A stretch of DNA of 64,000 nt, taken from positions 1,364,001 to 1,428,000 of the forward strand of contig CM030336.1 of the NCBI GenBank assembly GCA_017654855.1, in the 5' to 3' direction. Every line of letters starts with the position of its first letter. The first letter of the stretch is position 1. Source of the DNA: Podospora anserina (Eukaryota). The notes below the pieces were generated by a model. It saw nothing but the letters and a program-made list of their open reading frames with translations. It did no database searches and was not told the origin of the DNA. The translations under genes were made by a program, and so were the position numbers. Positions 1 through 13,315 of the stretch are shown in pieces.

Positions 1-466
1 AAAGGTTGCCCTCCTCGTCAATCTCACCGCCATGGCCCCTGCCTCAACCTATCCCTCTTTTTTTGGCGACGGCCGTTGCCCCCATCGCAAACCCGCCGTT
101 GGTTACTGCCACGCTCGAGTCTTATCGAAACTCGAGAGGCCCGGGCTTTCCCGTCTTACCGTGGCGGAAGACATACGCGAGAGTCTGGCTGAGGTTGGTG
201 ATCACCTTGCCCTCAAACCAGACTGTCACCTCACCGGTCACCGGTTACGTGTCTGCTGCAAGCCTGGCTTTGATCTCTTTGAGAGTGCTGTCATCGCGTA
301 TGTCTTCGTATTCACCCTCGCCCACACCCTCCTTGGAGTTCTTCTTTACTGCATACATTGCGGTGGTCAGCAAGACATAGAAATAAGCTGAAGGGCTGAC
401 AGGGATGAGGCATCACATACCGGGACGGTATCTGTACACCACTGTGATCTTGGTGAAGCGAGGCAT
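1..466 (-). pseudogene. Ubiquitin-like-fold protein with a Gly-rich tail, disrupted; runs off the left edge of the window
   Basis: ATG at 466 and a GTATGT...GCTGAC...CAG intron (420-349). The spliced frame reads MPRFTKITVVYRYRPVKK...DDSTLKEIKARLAADT*PVTGEVTVWFEGKVITNLSQTL...FR*DSSVAVTNGGFAMGATAVAKKRGIG*GRGHGG, with in-frame stops at 247-245, 124-122 and 46-44. The ubiquitin-like call rests on the 'STLKEIK..L..V.FEGK.I...QTL' pattern, judged by eye. Confidence 0.55.
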
Positions 467-559
467 CTTTGCTGATGTTTTGTTGGTTGTGCGCTTTGGT
501 TCTAGACTTGTGGACGGTTGTTGTTAGATCCAGAAAGCTGGTTCTTGATGCTCCTGTTC

Positions 560-897
560 TACCAAAGTGGTCGTGGAAGAGTTACGGAGATGCACACGGA
601 GCTGGGGCACGTGCTGGAGATGCGCGCGGCGGGGATGCCCGGGTCTCGGTCGGACAAAAACCACAAGGAGGCGTGAACACAGGCCAAGACCACCCCCCCG
701 CGCACCAAGACAACCAACGCGACAACTAATGCAGCCCTGGAGATCCAAAAAACATCGACATAGAGAAGCAACTGGAAGGAATCGGTCAACTGGGACTGAA
801 AGGAGGAGACGCCCGGGGCGGAGATGCCCGTGGCGACAATCACGCTCAGGGAGGAAACGCCTATGGCGGAGACGCAGTTGGACATCGACTAGCTTAG
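560..897 (+). pseudogene. 5'-truncated gene fragment with GGDARGGDA repeats
   Basis: One frame reads GDAHGAGARAGDARGGDARVS...DNQRDN*(TAA 727-729)CSPGDPKNIDIEKQLEGIGQLGLKGGDARGGDARGDNHAQGGNAYGGDAVGHRLA*(TAG 895-897). No credible start codon. Confidence 0.45.
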
Positions 898-1291
898 GCA
901 ATGCGTGGAGAACTACCTACACCAAACCACGAGGCTACATCATGCCTGCGACTCGAACCACAAATTCTCTTTGGCTGTGTTCTGGTCAGAGACTGCCTGC
1001 CCTAGATGGTAGAGAAAAGTCGGGCACCGCACAAAGCAGAGGCGAGGGGTCGGGCAATTAGATTGAGTATTGTTTTCGTGTTTGACGGAGTAGTCGTTGT
1101 GGGGATGGAGAGTGGAGAGCCTTGAGTGTCTTCTCTGACCAAATGGTACCATTGCACTCAGATTCCAACAGCCTTTCACATGACTTCAGGCTCCTTTCTC
1201 AATTTTCATGATCATTGGGGTGGGTTTCTGTCCCTACCTCTGAGTACCTACGGTACCTAGGTACGTGGTTGACAGGTAAGTCTACCTTGGC

Positions 1292-2897
<1,606 letters not shown>

Positions 2898-3564
2898 TTG
2901 CCTAGGGATAGTGGCCATGGAAGTCTGCGAACTGCCCCTGTTAGTGTTATGCTGTTCAGTTCAGTTGGCCTTGGGTGTACATGAAAGGATAGAGTTGAGC
3001 CTGTCGTCTTGAACTCACGTAAAATGTTAGGTAGTTATCGTTGGCCACGGGGTTTGGCGAGAATTGGAACAGCAGTTTTCACATCAGGTAAGGTTGCCAG
3101 AACCTGCATGGCGACTACCTAGTACTGCAAGTCCAAATTCTTTGTTTTTTTATGTCTGCCGCTTGGGTGGTGAACTAAGGTAGGTAGGCACCTATCCCTT
3201 GATGTTCAATGGTACGGATGAATAAAATGCGCTTGGAAGGGTATTGGGAAACCTGAAGGTTTATTTTTGACACGTCTCGAGCTTCTGATAGGTAGGATTT
3301 GGCATGGTTTGGAGTCGATGAAGGCAAGGTAGCATAGAAGCTTTGCCTCGTGGTTGGAGAGTAATTCCTAACATTTGTAAAACTAGGTAGCGTAACCCCT
3401 GATCCTTAATGAGCGTATATTCGTGATATCTAAGTCCATTCCCATCCTAATGACCCGTTCCATAGTATCCTCAAAGGAAATCCATAACCCCTCCCAATAT
3501 TCCATCCGCATTATATGAAATCATCATTCATCAACCCCTTCCACACCCAAAATCACCCCGGCCT

Positions 3565-4067
3565 CTAATTCCCAGTATAAGGGTTGACCCAGGGTCTGCA
3601 CTTATTCGCAGCACAGAATCCATTGCAGCAAGGTCCCACATACTGCCCATTGCGATAGCAGTCTCCATACACAGGCAAGCAGAAGCCCTGGCACCTCACG
3701 CTCTTGATCGGCTGCGGCGGGCCGACAAACAGCTGGTTCAGGCCTCCAGAGGAGATACCCTGCTGCAGGGCCTTCTCGCCGTCGGTGTAGAAAGTGCAGA
3801 AGCCGGAGATGTAGTAAGACGATTCGATGATGGAGATGGAGAGGACGTTGTCTATCGTCATGTTAGTGGGAACAGGTGTTGGTGGAGAGGAGGGAGGAAC
3901 ATACTGGTGAAAACCTCCGAACCATCAGCAGGCAAGGTCAAGGAATACTCCGCCGGACCACCCTTGAACTTGATAGAGACAGTCTGAACGTCGCGCTCCT
4001 CGATGACGGGGATTGCGGTAGCAGAGGCCAGCCCGACGGCGGCGAGGAGAAGGGTGAGATACTTCAT
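3565..4067 (-). CDS. Small secreted Cys-rich protein with a C-terminal knottin-like (ICK) module
   Basis: Signal peptide MKYLTLLLAAVGLASA and propeptide ending EER. Intron 3904-3852 (GTATGT..CTAAC..TAG) joins ORFs 3858-4112 and 3565-3861 in frame. C-terminus CLPVYGDCYRNGQYVGPCCNGFCAANKC. Confidence 0.88.
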
Positions 4068-4173
4068 GATTTTGTGTATGCTCAAGTGAGATAGATGTTG
4101 TAATCGTTGCAAGAGATGTTGTGATCTGGTCTATCAAGCTTTTGTATCTTCAAGTCGGGAGACAACACCTCCC

Positions 4174-4179
4174 TTTATA
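4174..4179 (-). promoter_or_regulatory. Putative TATA box of the secreted Cys-rich gene
   Basis: TATAAA on the minus strand about 110 bp upstream of ATG 4067. Confidence 0.5.
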
Positions 4180-5434
4180 CTTTTAGTTTCACCCTCTCTC
4201 TTGATAGTAACGCGCTCCATCGGGTGACGTGACTCCATCTACTTCCATCATCGATCCCACTTCCACCCGACCAACCCGAAGATATCCCTCACCCGGCATC
4301 CCAAACTGAGAATGCCTCCCATCACTCTACCGCCTGTGCAAAAATGTCACCTTCACTCAAATCGATAGTTCAGCTCAACACGATGTCACCTCTTCGGTTA
4401 GCCTCCCAGCAAAAGTGAATGCGACCCGGGAACAAAAAACGTGGAATACGAGGCAGTGCGTCAATCCCTGGCTTGGCATTGGTGGAGCTAGTCACACAAC
4501 CTCTCCCCATCACCTCAGCTGACCACGTGCATCCTTCTCTCTACTCGGTCCCAGAGCTTCAATCGTGTGTTGTGAACTGCTCGTTTCTCGTAATGCCTTC
4601 GGACTAGTCCTAGTCAGACCATGGGTGCTGTTGTCAAGGGTCCGATCTGGGTTTGGTGCGATGGTTAGTTATTTTCGGTGACATCAACATGGAGATCAAC
4701 CAATCGCGAATTTTTCAAACAGGCCTGATAGTTTTAAACCTGCGCCCTCCCGGCCCGTCATCAAAAAAATATTATCCACTCACCAGCCCTATCACTGCAT
4801 CAAAGGCGTTCTGTACCACCTCTCATGTCTCTCCGTGCCAAGGAAGCAAACAAATGAAACCCCAAAGAACAATATCAAGGACTATATTCTCCGGCAGGCA
4901 CAGCATGTGTTAACACGACAGATGTCAGCCCAGAAACAAGCTACCTGCAGACCGGCTGCATGAGGTCCCGTCGATCATCAATATCCCCGCTGTGGGTTTG
5001 GCATAGTGTAGCTCTATACGAAGAGACCCATTTATACCATTGGTCAACCCACCAGTAGCGTGGCTTTGGTAAGACGGCGTATTCTCTCTCCAGAATCCCC
5101 ATACCCCAGATATCTAGCTCTCGGATTTCGGGTCGTCGGTATAGGCAGGGAATGCTTATTGTTGAGTGTTATTCGTCGACGGATATTGGTTGTGTTGTCA
5201 GACTTCGGTAACCGAGTAGATGATCGAGATCAGGTGGCCATCCTTTGTTTTTACCGCGATAGCCGAATGCAGGATTTCCGAGACTCGAGCTGTTGTGATA
5301 TCATCTAGCCTGTGAGAGTCAGTGAGTGGGGATCAGGTCAGGAAAATTGAATGTCTAAAGAAACAATGGATTGTAGCATAAACCAAACAGGGGTATTAAC
5401 GACAGCAAACATTCCAACTGGCAACTGCCCATCT

Positions 5435-8400
5435 CTAGATCCTCATTTTCGTCCCCCACACAAGCCCGACAAATGCCAAAATCCTGTAGATCGTCCCAAT
5501 ACCCACCAAAATCCCCATATTCTGCCACAGCCCATCCAGACGAAACCCTGTCATGAACGCCGCTGATTCAATGTCGTAGAGATACCCCAATGGTGACACA
5601 AGCTGCCCAAAATAAATCTCCGCCAGCCACACGCCCGGACTCATCCTCCACAACCACTCCATTTTCCTATAACACCTCAGTCAACATGTGAAACACAACA
5701 CCACCTCAATGAGAAAAAGACTCACCAGTTTCGCACACTGCTCAACGGCGGCGCTGCTCCGCTCAAAATGCCCACAATCAACGCAATCATCGTTGCAAAC
5801 AGCGGTGCGTCCTCCCTCTTGACCACCATACTAATCACACTCGCCAGTCCAAAAATGCAATAGAAATACCACAAATTCGCGGCAAAGCCCAATCCCCATC
5901 CCATGATAGGTGTGCTCAACAACCACAACGGCACCGTAAAGTGTATGCACGCCACCGTCATTCTCGGCAAAACAGACACACTCTTCGCCATGAAATACGC
6001 CAGCCTCGAGTGCCCCGCCTCCGCCTCTCTCCTGTGCAACAGCATCTCCTCGGAAAACACCCGCACCCCCGGAGCGGCTGAGACAAGACCTATAGCAATG
6101 GCTGTCAACAACGCCATCTCGGGGGCTGACTTGAAGTCTGATGCAGTCGAAAGAATCTCATAGGGCCGGTGGTAAAGTCCCATGAACAACACACCATTCT
6201 TCGCATTCTCTGCCAGACCCAACAGAAACCCAGCAAGGGCGGCAAGCCCAACTTCAAACCAAAAAACGGACAGGTTGCGGTATTGCTGAAGAAACGCGCG
6301 GGATAGACATAGGGTGAACTGCTTGAGCCGTGAGGCTCCGCGTTTCTTGAGGAGTCGGCCAAGGGGTGCCTTGCTTGCGTTGAAATTCCCGACAGCCAGA
6401 ACTGAAGCACTGCTTTGACGGAGCTTTGACTTTGCAGTGGCCAAGTTGACAGTAAAGGGTGACACAGGTCTTACCACCGAGACACGAGTATTCCTCCGCT
6501 CATTGTCGTCGTCTCCCGCAGTCGACGAACCACTCTCAGGGCTACCAGGCCGCGACACCTCCATCGTGGGCACCACCGGACTCTGAATCTCCTTCCGGCA
6601 CGCAACCCAGTTAGCAATCAAAGCATCCTTTGAGATATCCCCAGACGTCTTGTACGCCCTTCCATTCCCAGTGATGATATCCGTCACCACATCACCATAG
6701 TTGGCATGTTTCGGAAAGATGTAACCAAACTTCTCAAAGAAGGGCTGAACACCCGACTCTGGCCCTTCGTAGAGCTGCTGGCCATTGGCGAGTAAAATCA
6801 AGTCATCCAACATTTCAAAGATCTCCATTCTTGGCTGATGGATGATGGCAATCACAGAAATGCCAAGTCTCGCAATAGCCTTGAGGGTGCGCATTATGGA
6901 GCTTGCTGACGTGGCGTCAAGACCAGATGTTGGCTCATCCAGAAATATCGCCATTGGTGCTGCGGCAAGTTCCATACCAATGCTGACACGCTTCCGCTGA
7001 CCACCGCTGATGACAGGCTTTCCAACACTGCCAACCAGAGAGTCCCGGACATGGGAGAGCTCAAGGCAGTCAATGACCGCGGTAACATGGTTCTCAATTT
7101 CTTGGGAAGTCCAAGTGCGAGGAAGGCGTATCCGTGCAGAGTGCATAATGTTCTCCCGCACTGTCAGGTCGGGAAGAACGATGTCGTCTTGGGGGACATA
7201 GCCGATCAGCTTCTTGTACCGCGCCAGCTTCCCAGGTACTCCGTTGACCTCCACCTTGCCGTGAGTGTACTCAATCTTGCCCATCAAGACATTGACAAAT
7301 GTTGATTTCCCTGCTCCAGAACCGCCCATGACCGCAGTGAGTGTACCGCTTCGGATGGAGCCAGTGATATCCTGCAGAATTGGGCGACTGGTTCCTTTTG
7401 GCTGAAACGCAAGCTGAGAATAACCGAATGATAGACCGATATCAGAAGCATCAGTTGCCTTGCGCATCGAGTCGATGAAGGCCCTAATCTGGGGCGGAAG
7501 GCTCTTCTCCAGGTCTTCTCCTTGTGGGCTCATAATTCCCTCCGGGTTTCGATACGACCGGACAGGCATGGTCAAGGCTTCTTGAAAGCCAGCCCAAACA
7601 TCTCCCCTACCAGGCGGTGGATGACTGCCCACAGCTCGCATCTCATGGTCCATATCATCTGACCTCTCACCCTCCTCTGATATCCTTTTGTACTTGCGCC
7701 GGGTTACTGCCCTCGCTAACCCAACCACTGTCGACTCCGGCTTCTTCGACAAGCTGCTGTGATGAACCTGGGCGCTCGATGAAAGACGACTGCGGAACCG
7801 GAGGATGATGATTCCAATGATAATAAAAATGTCGAGAGCAATCAAGACCCCAAGAGGGATGAAGTATCGTTCGTACGAGGAGCCCTCAGGGCAAAGACTG
7901 CCAGCAGCACAGGGGGTGGGTGTCGCTGCTCCAGGCTGGCAATAGTGGCCGGCTGGGCAGCTAAAGGTAGTCTTGCCACCTGGAGGGCAGTAATTCCCAG
8001 CTTGACAGATGATGGGCTCGAACGGCCCCATCCCAATGTTCGTCCCATCGATAGCGCATGCGTGGTAACCCAATCGAGCCATCTGGCATTCGGCAAATGG
8101 GGGACAAAACTGCGGCAATGAGTTGACGGTATTGTTTTGGCCTGTTCGAAGTGAAGTTAGCGAGCTAGCAACTCGATCCCATACTAGCGGGGAAACGGAC
8201 ACTGAAAGCCAGGAAGACATCCCCTCGTCTTCCAGTCGTCCACATCCTGCAACCTCAAGGGTACTGCGCCAGGTCTCCAACATGGGGCTGCGTCCACTGG
8301 AGCTTCGTTTCTGTCTCGCTGCTCTACGGCACGGTAGTATGATGTCGAGAATGAGGTTCGATTTTCTCCCGTGCAGGCTTGGTCCCAAACACCCAAGCCA

Positions 8401-8936
8401 TCCGTTCCAGGGACCAAAGACGAGGATTCGTGATCCCATCGAAAAGGGTGTTCTCTCAGCGGGGGGTTCGATCCATCGTTCATTGGTAGTTCTAGAACTT
8501 GGCGGGCATCTTTTCCATCGTTGTTGATGGGCTTGAACCACTTTCCCGTGGTGAAGTCGATATCAGCTACCGTTTGGTTCCCCGAGCATCGCCAGAGAAG
8601 ACTCCCCGCCTTGTCCTCTGATATGGCTGGATCCGGCTCGCGTCGACAAAGACATGCTTCAGTGTCAAGAAAAGTGGGCCCTAATGGTGGGTGAAGTGGT
8701 AGAAAAGGAATCTGAAGGTCATTGGAGATATCTCTTTCAGGACCCCCAGCCCATTTGGCCTTGGGAAAAGCAGTAGCTGACGGATCAAATAGTGGACGGA
8801 CCCGAATAGAGGGTGTGTGGGTGTTATGACCGCCACTTGTGCTCGCGTCAAACAACGGCCGTACATGGATCCTCTGTGTGTGTGTTGGACTGGTCTTGGA
8901 TGGATTGGCGTCTGATGATCGAGTTCGAGTCGCCAT
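5435..8936 (-). CDS. ABCG-type half transporter with a Cys-rich N-terminal extracellular region
   Basis: Walker A GGSGAGKS, signature ISGGQRKRVSIG, Walker B IFLDEPTSGLD, IIHQP, then TM helices. CQAGNYCP/CPAGHYCQPG/CAAGSLCP repeats precede a TM segment. Introns at about 8200-8143 and 5725-5667. Start codon uncertain. Confidence 0.92.
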
Positions 8937-10200
8937 TTCGGTGTCTGCATGGGGCGTATAGACGATGTCTAGCACTGGGAAAGGGTGCTGTCGTGTACGA
9001 CGGAGGGAAACCACCGGACTTTAATCATCTCGGACCGCGTGTCGTCGGATCACCGCGTGTCGTCGGATTCCCAGAGCCAAGACGCAGGGAGGTGGGTAGG
9101 GGTAGGGGTAGAAACTTTCCGGCAACTTGACCCGATGCTTGATCAACCTGGATGCTATTCCTGAGCTATTCACAGTGGTATGAGCCACATTATGCTTAGT
9201 GCCTTAGTTGCCGAGCCGAGTGGCACAATTCTGGGCAATGCTGGTTTGGACGGCATTTTTGTTTGCGGATTCGCGACAGCAAGGGTCATGTAGGTGAGCG
9301 TAGTCCGAGATGATGGCATGCGCATTCCGAGCTTTGGGGGGCTTGTGAGATAACCTCGAGGATTTTGGCGTGTCAGCTTGCAGATCAAGGGACTTTGTAA
9401 TTCTTCCTGGCATATTAAGGAGGGTTGGGTGCTTAATCGAGGCATTGCTGTCACCTTTCAATTGGCGGTCTGTTGAATATTGATGTCAAAAGAAGGAGTT
9501 TGTCGAAGCCTGGAACGCCAAGCCGACCCAAAAGCTGACCAGTGGGGCGCCAAGCTTTACAGGGCTGTCGGGTGTGGCTTCCATTGAGGCTTAAAGTTGA
9601 ACCGCGCCTTTTTCCCATGGTATGGAGTAATGAGTTTGCCCATTCGCTGCAACAAGATATTCGGGGATGGACCTCATTCATAACATCACATAGCCTGCCG
9701 AATTTGTCTCTTTTGTTCATGTCAGCGGACCAATCGTGGGTGGGACGAAGTTCCTGGAACTAAACAACCAGAGACCCAGTTTAAAGCTGCTGTTTGTTGC
9801 CTATTCCAGGTGAAGGGTCTGATCTTTCAAGGAAACAGAAGATTGATATTTGATAACCCGGAAAGTAAGTATATTGGATAGCTGTGCTGAAACTAGGCCA
9901 TTTCAGAGCTACAAAAAAAACCGGAATATTTGCCGGCACTTGAATCCTATCATTTTCACATGCTGCAGGTTTTAAAGACATAAGACAAAACAACATATAA
10001 TTTTTAAGAATGGAAGCCAAGATCTTGTAGTCATCCCCGGGTGTAGAAGAGAGTGGAACTAAAGACAAAGCATAATTGAGGACCAAAATCTAGATTTGTT
10101 AAACTTAATGCTCCCTGTTGAACCGATCTTGCGGATGCATTTGTCAATATTGTATCTTGGGAATAGTCTCCGCACCACCATAACAGCCAATCAAAAACCA

Positions 10201-10271
10201 GCATCAGTGGTTTAGTGGTAAAATCCATCGTTGCCATCGATGGGCCCCGTGTTCGATTCACGGCTGATGCA
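10201..10271 (+). tRNA. tRNA-Gly (GCC), intronless
   Basis: GCATCAG acceptor stem pairs with CTGATGC. D-loop AGTGGTA, anticodon arm CATCG-TTGCCAT-CGATG, T-loop GTTCGATTC, followed by T-runs (Pol III terminator). Confidence 0.96.
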
Positions 10272-10847
10272 TCCCTTTTCCCATTTTTCTCTCTCTCCTT
10301 TTTTCTTCCTTTTTTTCCAGAAAAGCAACCTTCTCACTGCAAGGTGACATCGGCCATTTTTCCTCCTCAACTGAGGCTGTCTAAGACTCAAAACACAAAT
10401 GTCGCAGCATTCAGTCTTTCAACCTTCGAAGACCTGTGAAAATGCGACCTCTTGGCACCTGCTCGTCGCTCTCAGGGACTCTTTCACCACCAGCAGAGAG
10501 CAACGCCAGATAGAAACTTGGTTAAAGCGAGCTCTGTCCCCGCAAGTCAGCCACAGTAAATTTCACCATCTCGACTCCAATTGGCGAAATGCTTTGAGCC
10601 CTTGGGAGCCCCGAGCCTGAGAAGCGACTCTACTGTCGGTAAGCACCTGTGCCATGGATGGCACCGACATTTATGTTACCTTGGGTGGATAGGGGCTACT
10701 TTGTTTGGTTGGGCCAAGACAAATGGATCCATGTTTTGGTAGAGCTATGATGACTGCAATTTTTGGGAGTGTTGTTCTCCAGTTTCTTCAAGCCATCCAA
10801 CACACCTTACCGACATGAGCGCCTAATGCATACTTGAAGAAATCAGA

Positions 10848-13315
10848 ATGGCGCAACATTACGAACAGGTTTAGTCCCCGTTGGACCACAACGAGCAGGG
10901 CTTCCGACCACTCGCCTACGACAGCTTCAAATCAGGGAACTCAACACCAGACAGTCAGCAATATCAAGTCCTCCACCAAAGCGGGTCAACATTACCATCA
11001 AAACAAGGAGATCAGGCCGGCGCACGTCTGGCTCACAATAGCCCAAACCCACAAGTGACTCCGTTCTCTGAGAAGGACGTTCCGGATGATGTCTATAGAA
11101 CTGAACTACTTGACCACAAAGGCATCCGGGTTGTTAGGAGACCATGGTGCCACTCTCTGTTGACATGGCGGGCCTTTTTCACAGTGGCAGTCCATCTAAT
11201 ACCTGCCACTCCTACGAGCTTTCTGGTACCTCTCAACTTCAAGCCAGTATTCTGGTTCGGCTATGATCTCAGTTCGGGATCTGCTCCCCACCTTCTTCTC
11301 TGCATGCTTCAGCTGGCATCAAAGTTCCACGAACTGTTGGTCGTCGCCTCAATTGCGGCCATTACCTACACAGCGTTTACACGAAGACTCAACAGATCAG
11401 GGATCCCACGCGGTCTCGCCATCGATAGCTACCCTGTGGGCGACATCGCATACACCTTCAGTTCGCCATTCAAAAAGCCTAGTTGACCAAGTCCAGCTGT
11501 TTTCTGGCTCTGCTGCTATTTTTTAAGATGATTCTAGCTGTGCTGACTGGTCCTGCCTCCGCCATTCTGCTTATTCCCATTAAGGACTAGTTCTCCTCCC
11601 CAAAGCTTTTGGTAACGTTCAAGGCCCAGTATCATCCGATCGTCCCGGCGATGGAACCTGGCCATCTGTCATAGGTGGTCTGGAGACTACTCCATTTCTT
11701 AACAATTGCCAAGATGACAACTGGGCCATGGCGTATTGGTGCCCAAGCGCGGGCCATCAAGAACTCTGAAGCTGGGTGAGGAACTGGCAGCACACGGGGT
11801 TATCAGACATCATTGCTGTCGTCAACCCGGTTGATTTGACTCGTCGTCAAGTCAAAATCAACACCCTCTGAGATTCGGACCTTGACCTCAACATCACCTA
11901 CAACTCGACAGTTGCCACGACAGTCTCAATGCCAACACTGCGAACCTTCACCCGTTTTCTCAACTACATCAACGCCGTATCGATCGCGGCACAGGAAGAA
12001 CTCGCCTCCAAGACGTCGGGGCTATCTCACACGCGGAAGCTTTCAGGATACAAGCATCACCTGAGGCAACAGACCTACTCCAGCCCTTTGTCTAAATTTA
12101 CCAGGTACTGCGTCAGGGCAAACGCGACGAACTCTCCGAGAACAAAACACTCATTTCAACAACCACCCCAAAGCCATCCAATGCTTCGATGATCAAGACT
12201 GCAGAGCAACGCTAGTGGCAGCACAAAATTTCAAGACACCCCTCCCTCAACAAGGCGATGTCTTTGTCAAGATTCAGGCACCTAACATCATCAAAAAAGA
12301 GACACACCCAGTCCTTGTCTCTGCTGGGTAGCGTTCCACCTTACTTCAACCAAACCGAAAATAAAATCAAGCAAGCTGTTCTCGCGTGCACAGTGATGGC
12401 TCATTGGGTGCCCGCCTCCCCGGTTAGAGTCTCCCTCAACGAGAGCGAGTTCATCGAGGAGTTGCGTCAATACAACAGCCCTGATGATGTTGTGGAGGGC
12501 ACAGCAAAGAGGATCAAGATCACGGCTGGGTGGTTACCTTTTCTTAATAGGGTGATGGGAGCCGAGATAGAGAACCCGCACGAGACTGGCAGGACACATA
12601 CGCGTATTGATAAGCTGGTTAATTTGGGGATGAAGAATACTTCTTTTGGGGATGGGCCTGGGGCGGGGAATTCCGGGCCGGGGTTGGATTTTGACAAGAT
12701 AGGGGATTTTGAACCAACTGAAGACTTTGGACTGTTCAGCAGCAGGGCGCTTTTTGAGAAGGTTTTCAGCGGTGTGTTTGTGGATGGGCTTGCGAGGATG
12801 CAGTCACATGGGCATAGCCAATTGACGATTGCGTCAAACGAGACAGCGACTGTCATGACACATTTGGATGTGCAATCTGGCCCTTTGGCGGGGAATATGG
12901 TTGTTGATTGGTCTAGTGGCAGGGGCGTCACGAGATTGGGGGAACATATGGAGTTTTATGATTTCACCTGGGAGCGGGTGGAAAGTTATCTCAAGTTTCC
13001 TCTTGAGGCCCAGAAGTATGGGTATGGGTTCGGGAAGCCAACGGAGGGTATGAAATTCGCTTTGGGGGTAATGCTGACTTAGTTGGATGTTCTGTTGGTG
13101 TATGTTGGGTTGGTCCTTCCCCGTTTTTGCTTGGAAGAGGGAGTGGCAGAAGGATCAATGTCACTTGGCGAGACTTGCATGATTTGCTGGCTCTAACTTG
13201 GAAGTCGGAGACGTATGTTACTGTGGCAGGGAAGCCGGGGGATATGATAAAATGGGATGTTCCCACTGCAGAGACTGCAGAGGAGTGTGTTGTGAGGGAG
13301 AGTTTGAGCTGGTGA
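10848..13315 (+). pseudogene. Decayed fungal multi-pass membrane protein of unknown function
   Basis: ATG 10848 followed by an in-frame TAG at codon 9. Fragments 10881-11486 (LQLASKFHELLVVASI), about 11530-11800 (LAVLTGPASAILLIP*, YWCPSAG) and 12258-13082 (ACTVMAHWVPA, FVDGLAR, YGYGF) are broken by stops and frameshifts. Confidence 0.7.

Noticed and set aside
9036-9070. Tandem duplication CGCGTGTCGTCGGAT, two copies
   Set aside because: A short local duplication with no further structure.
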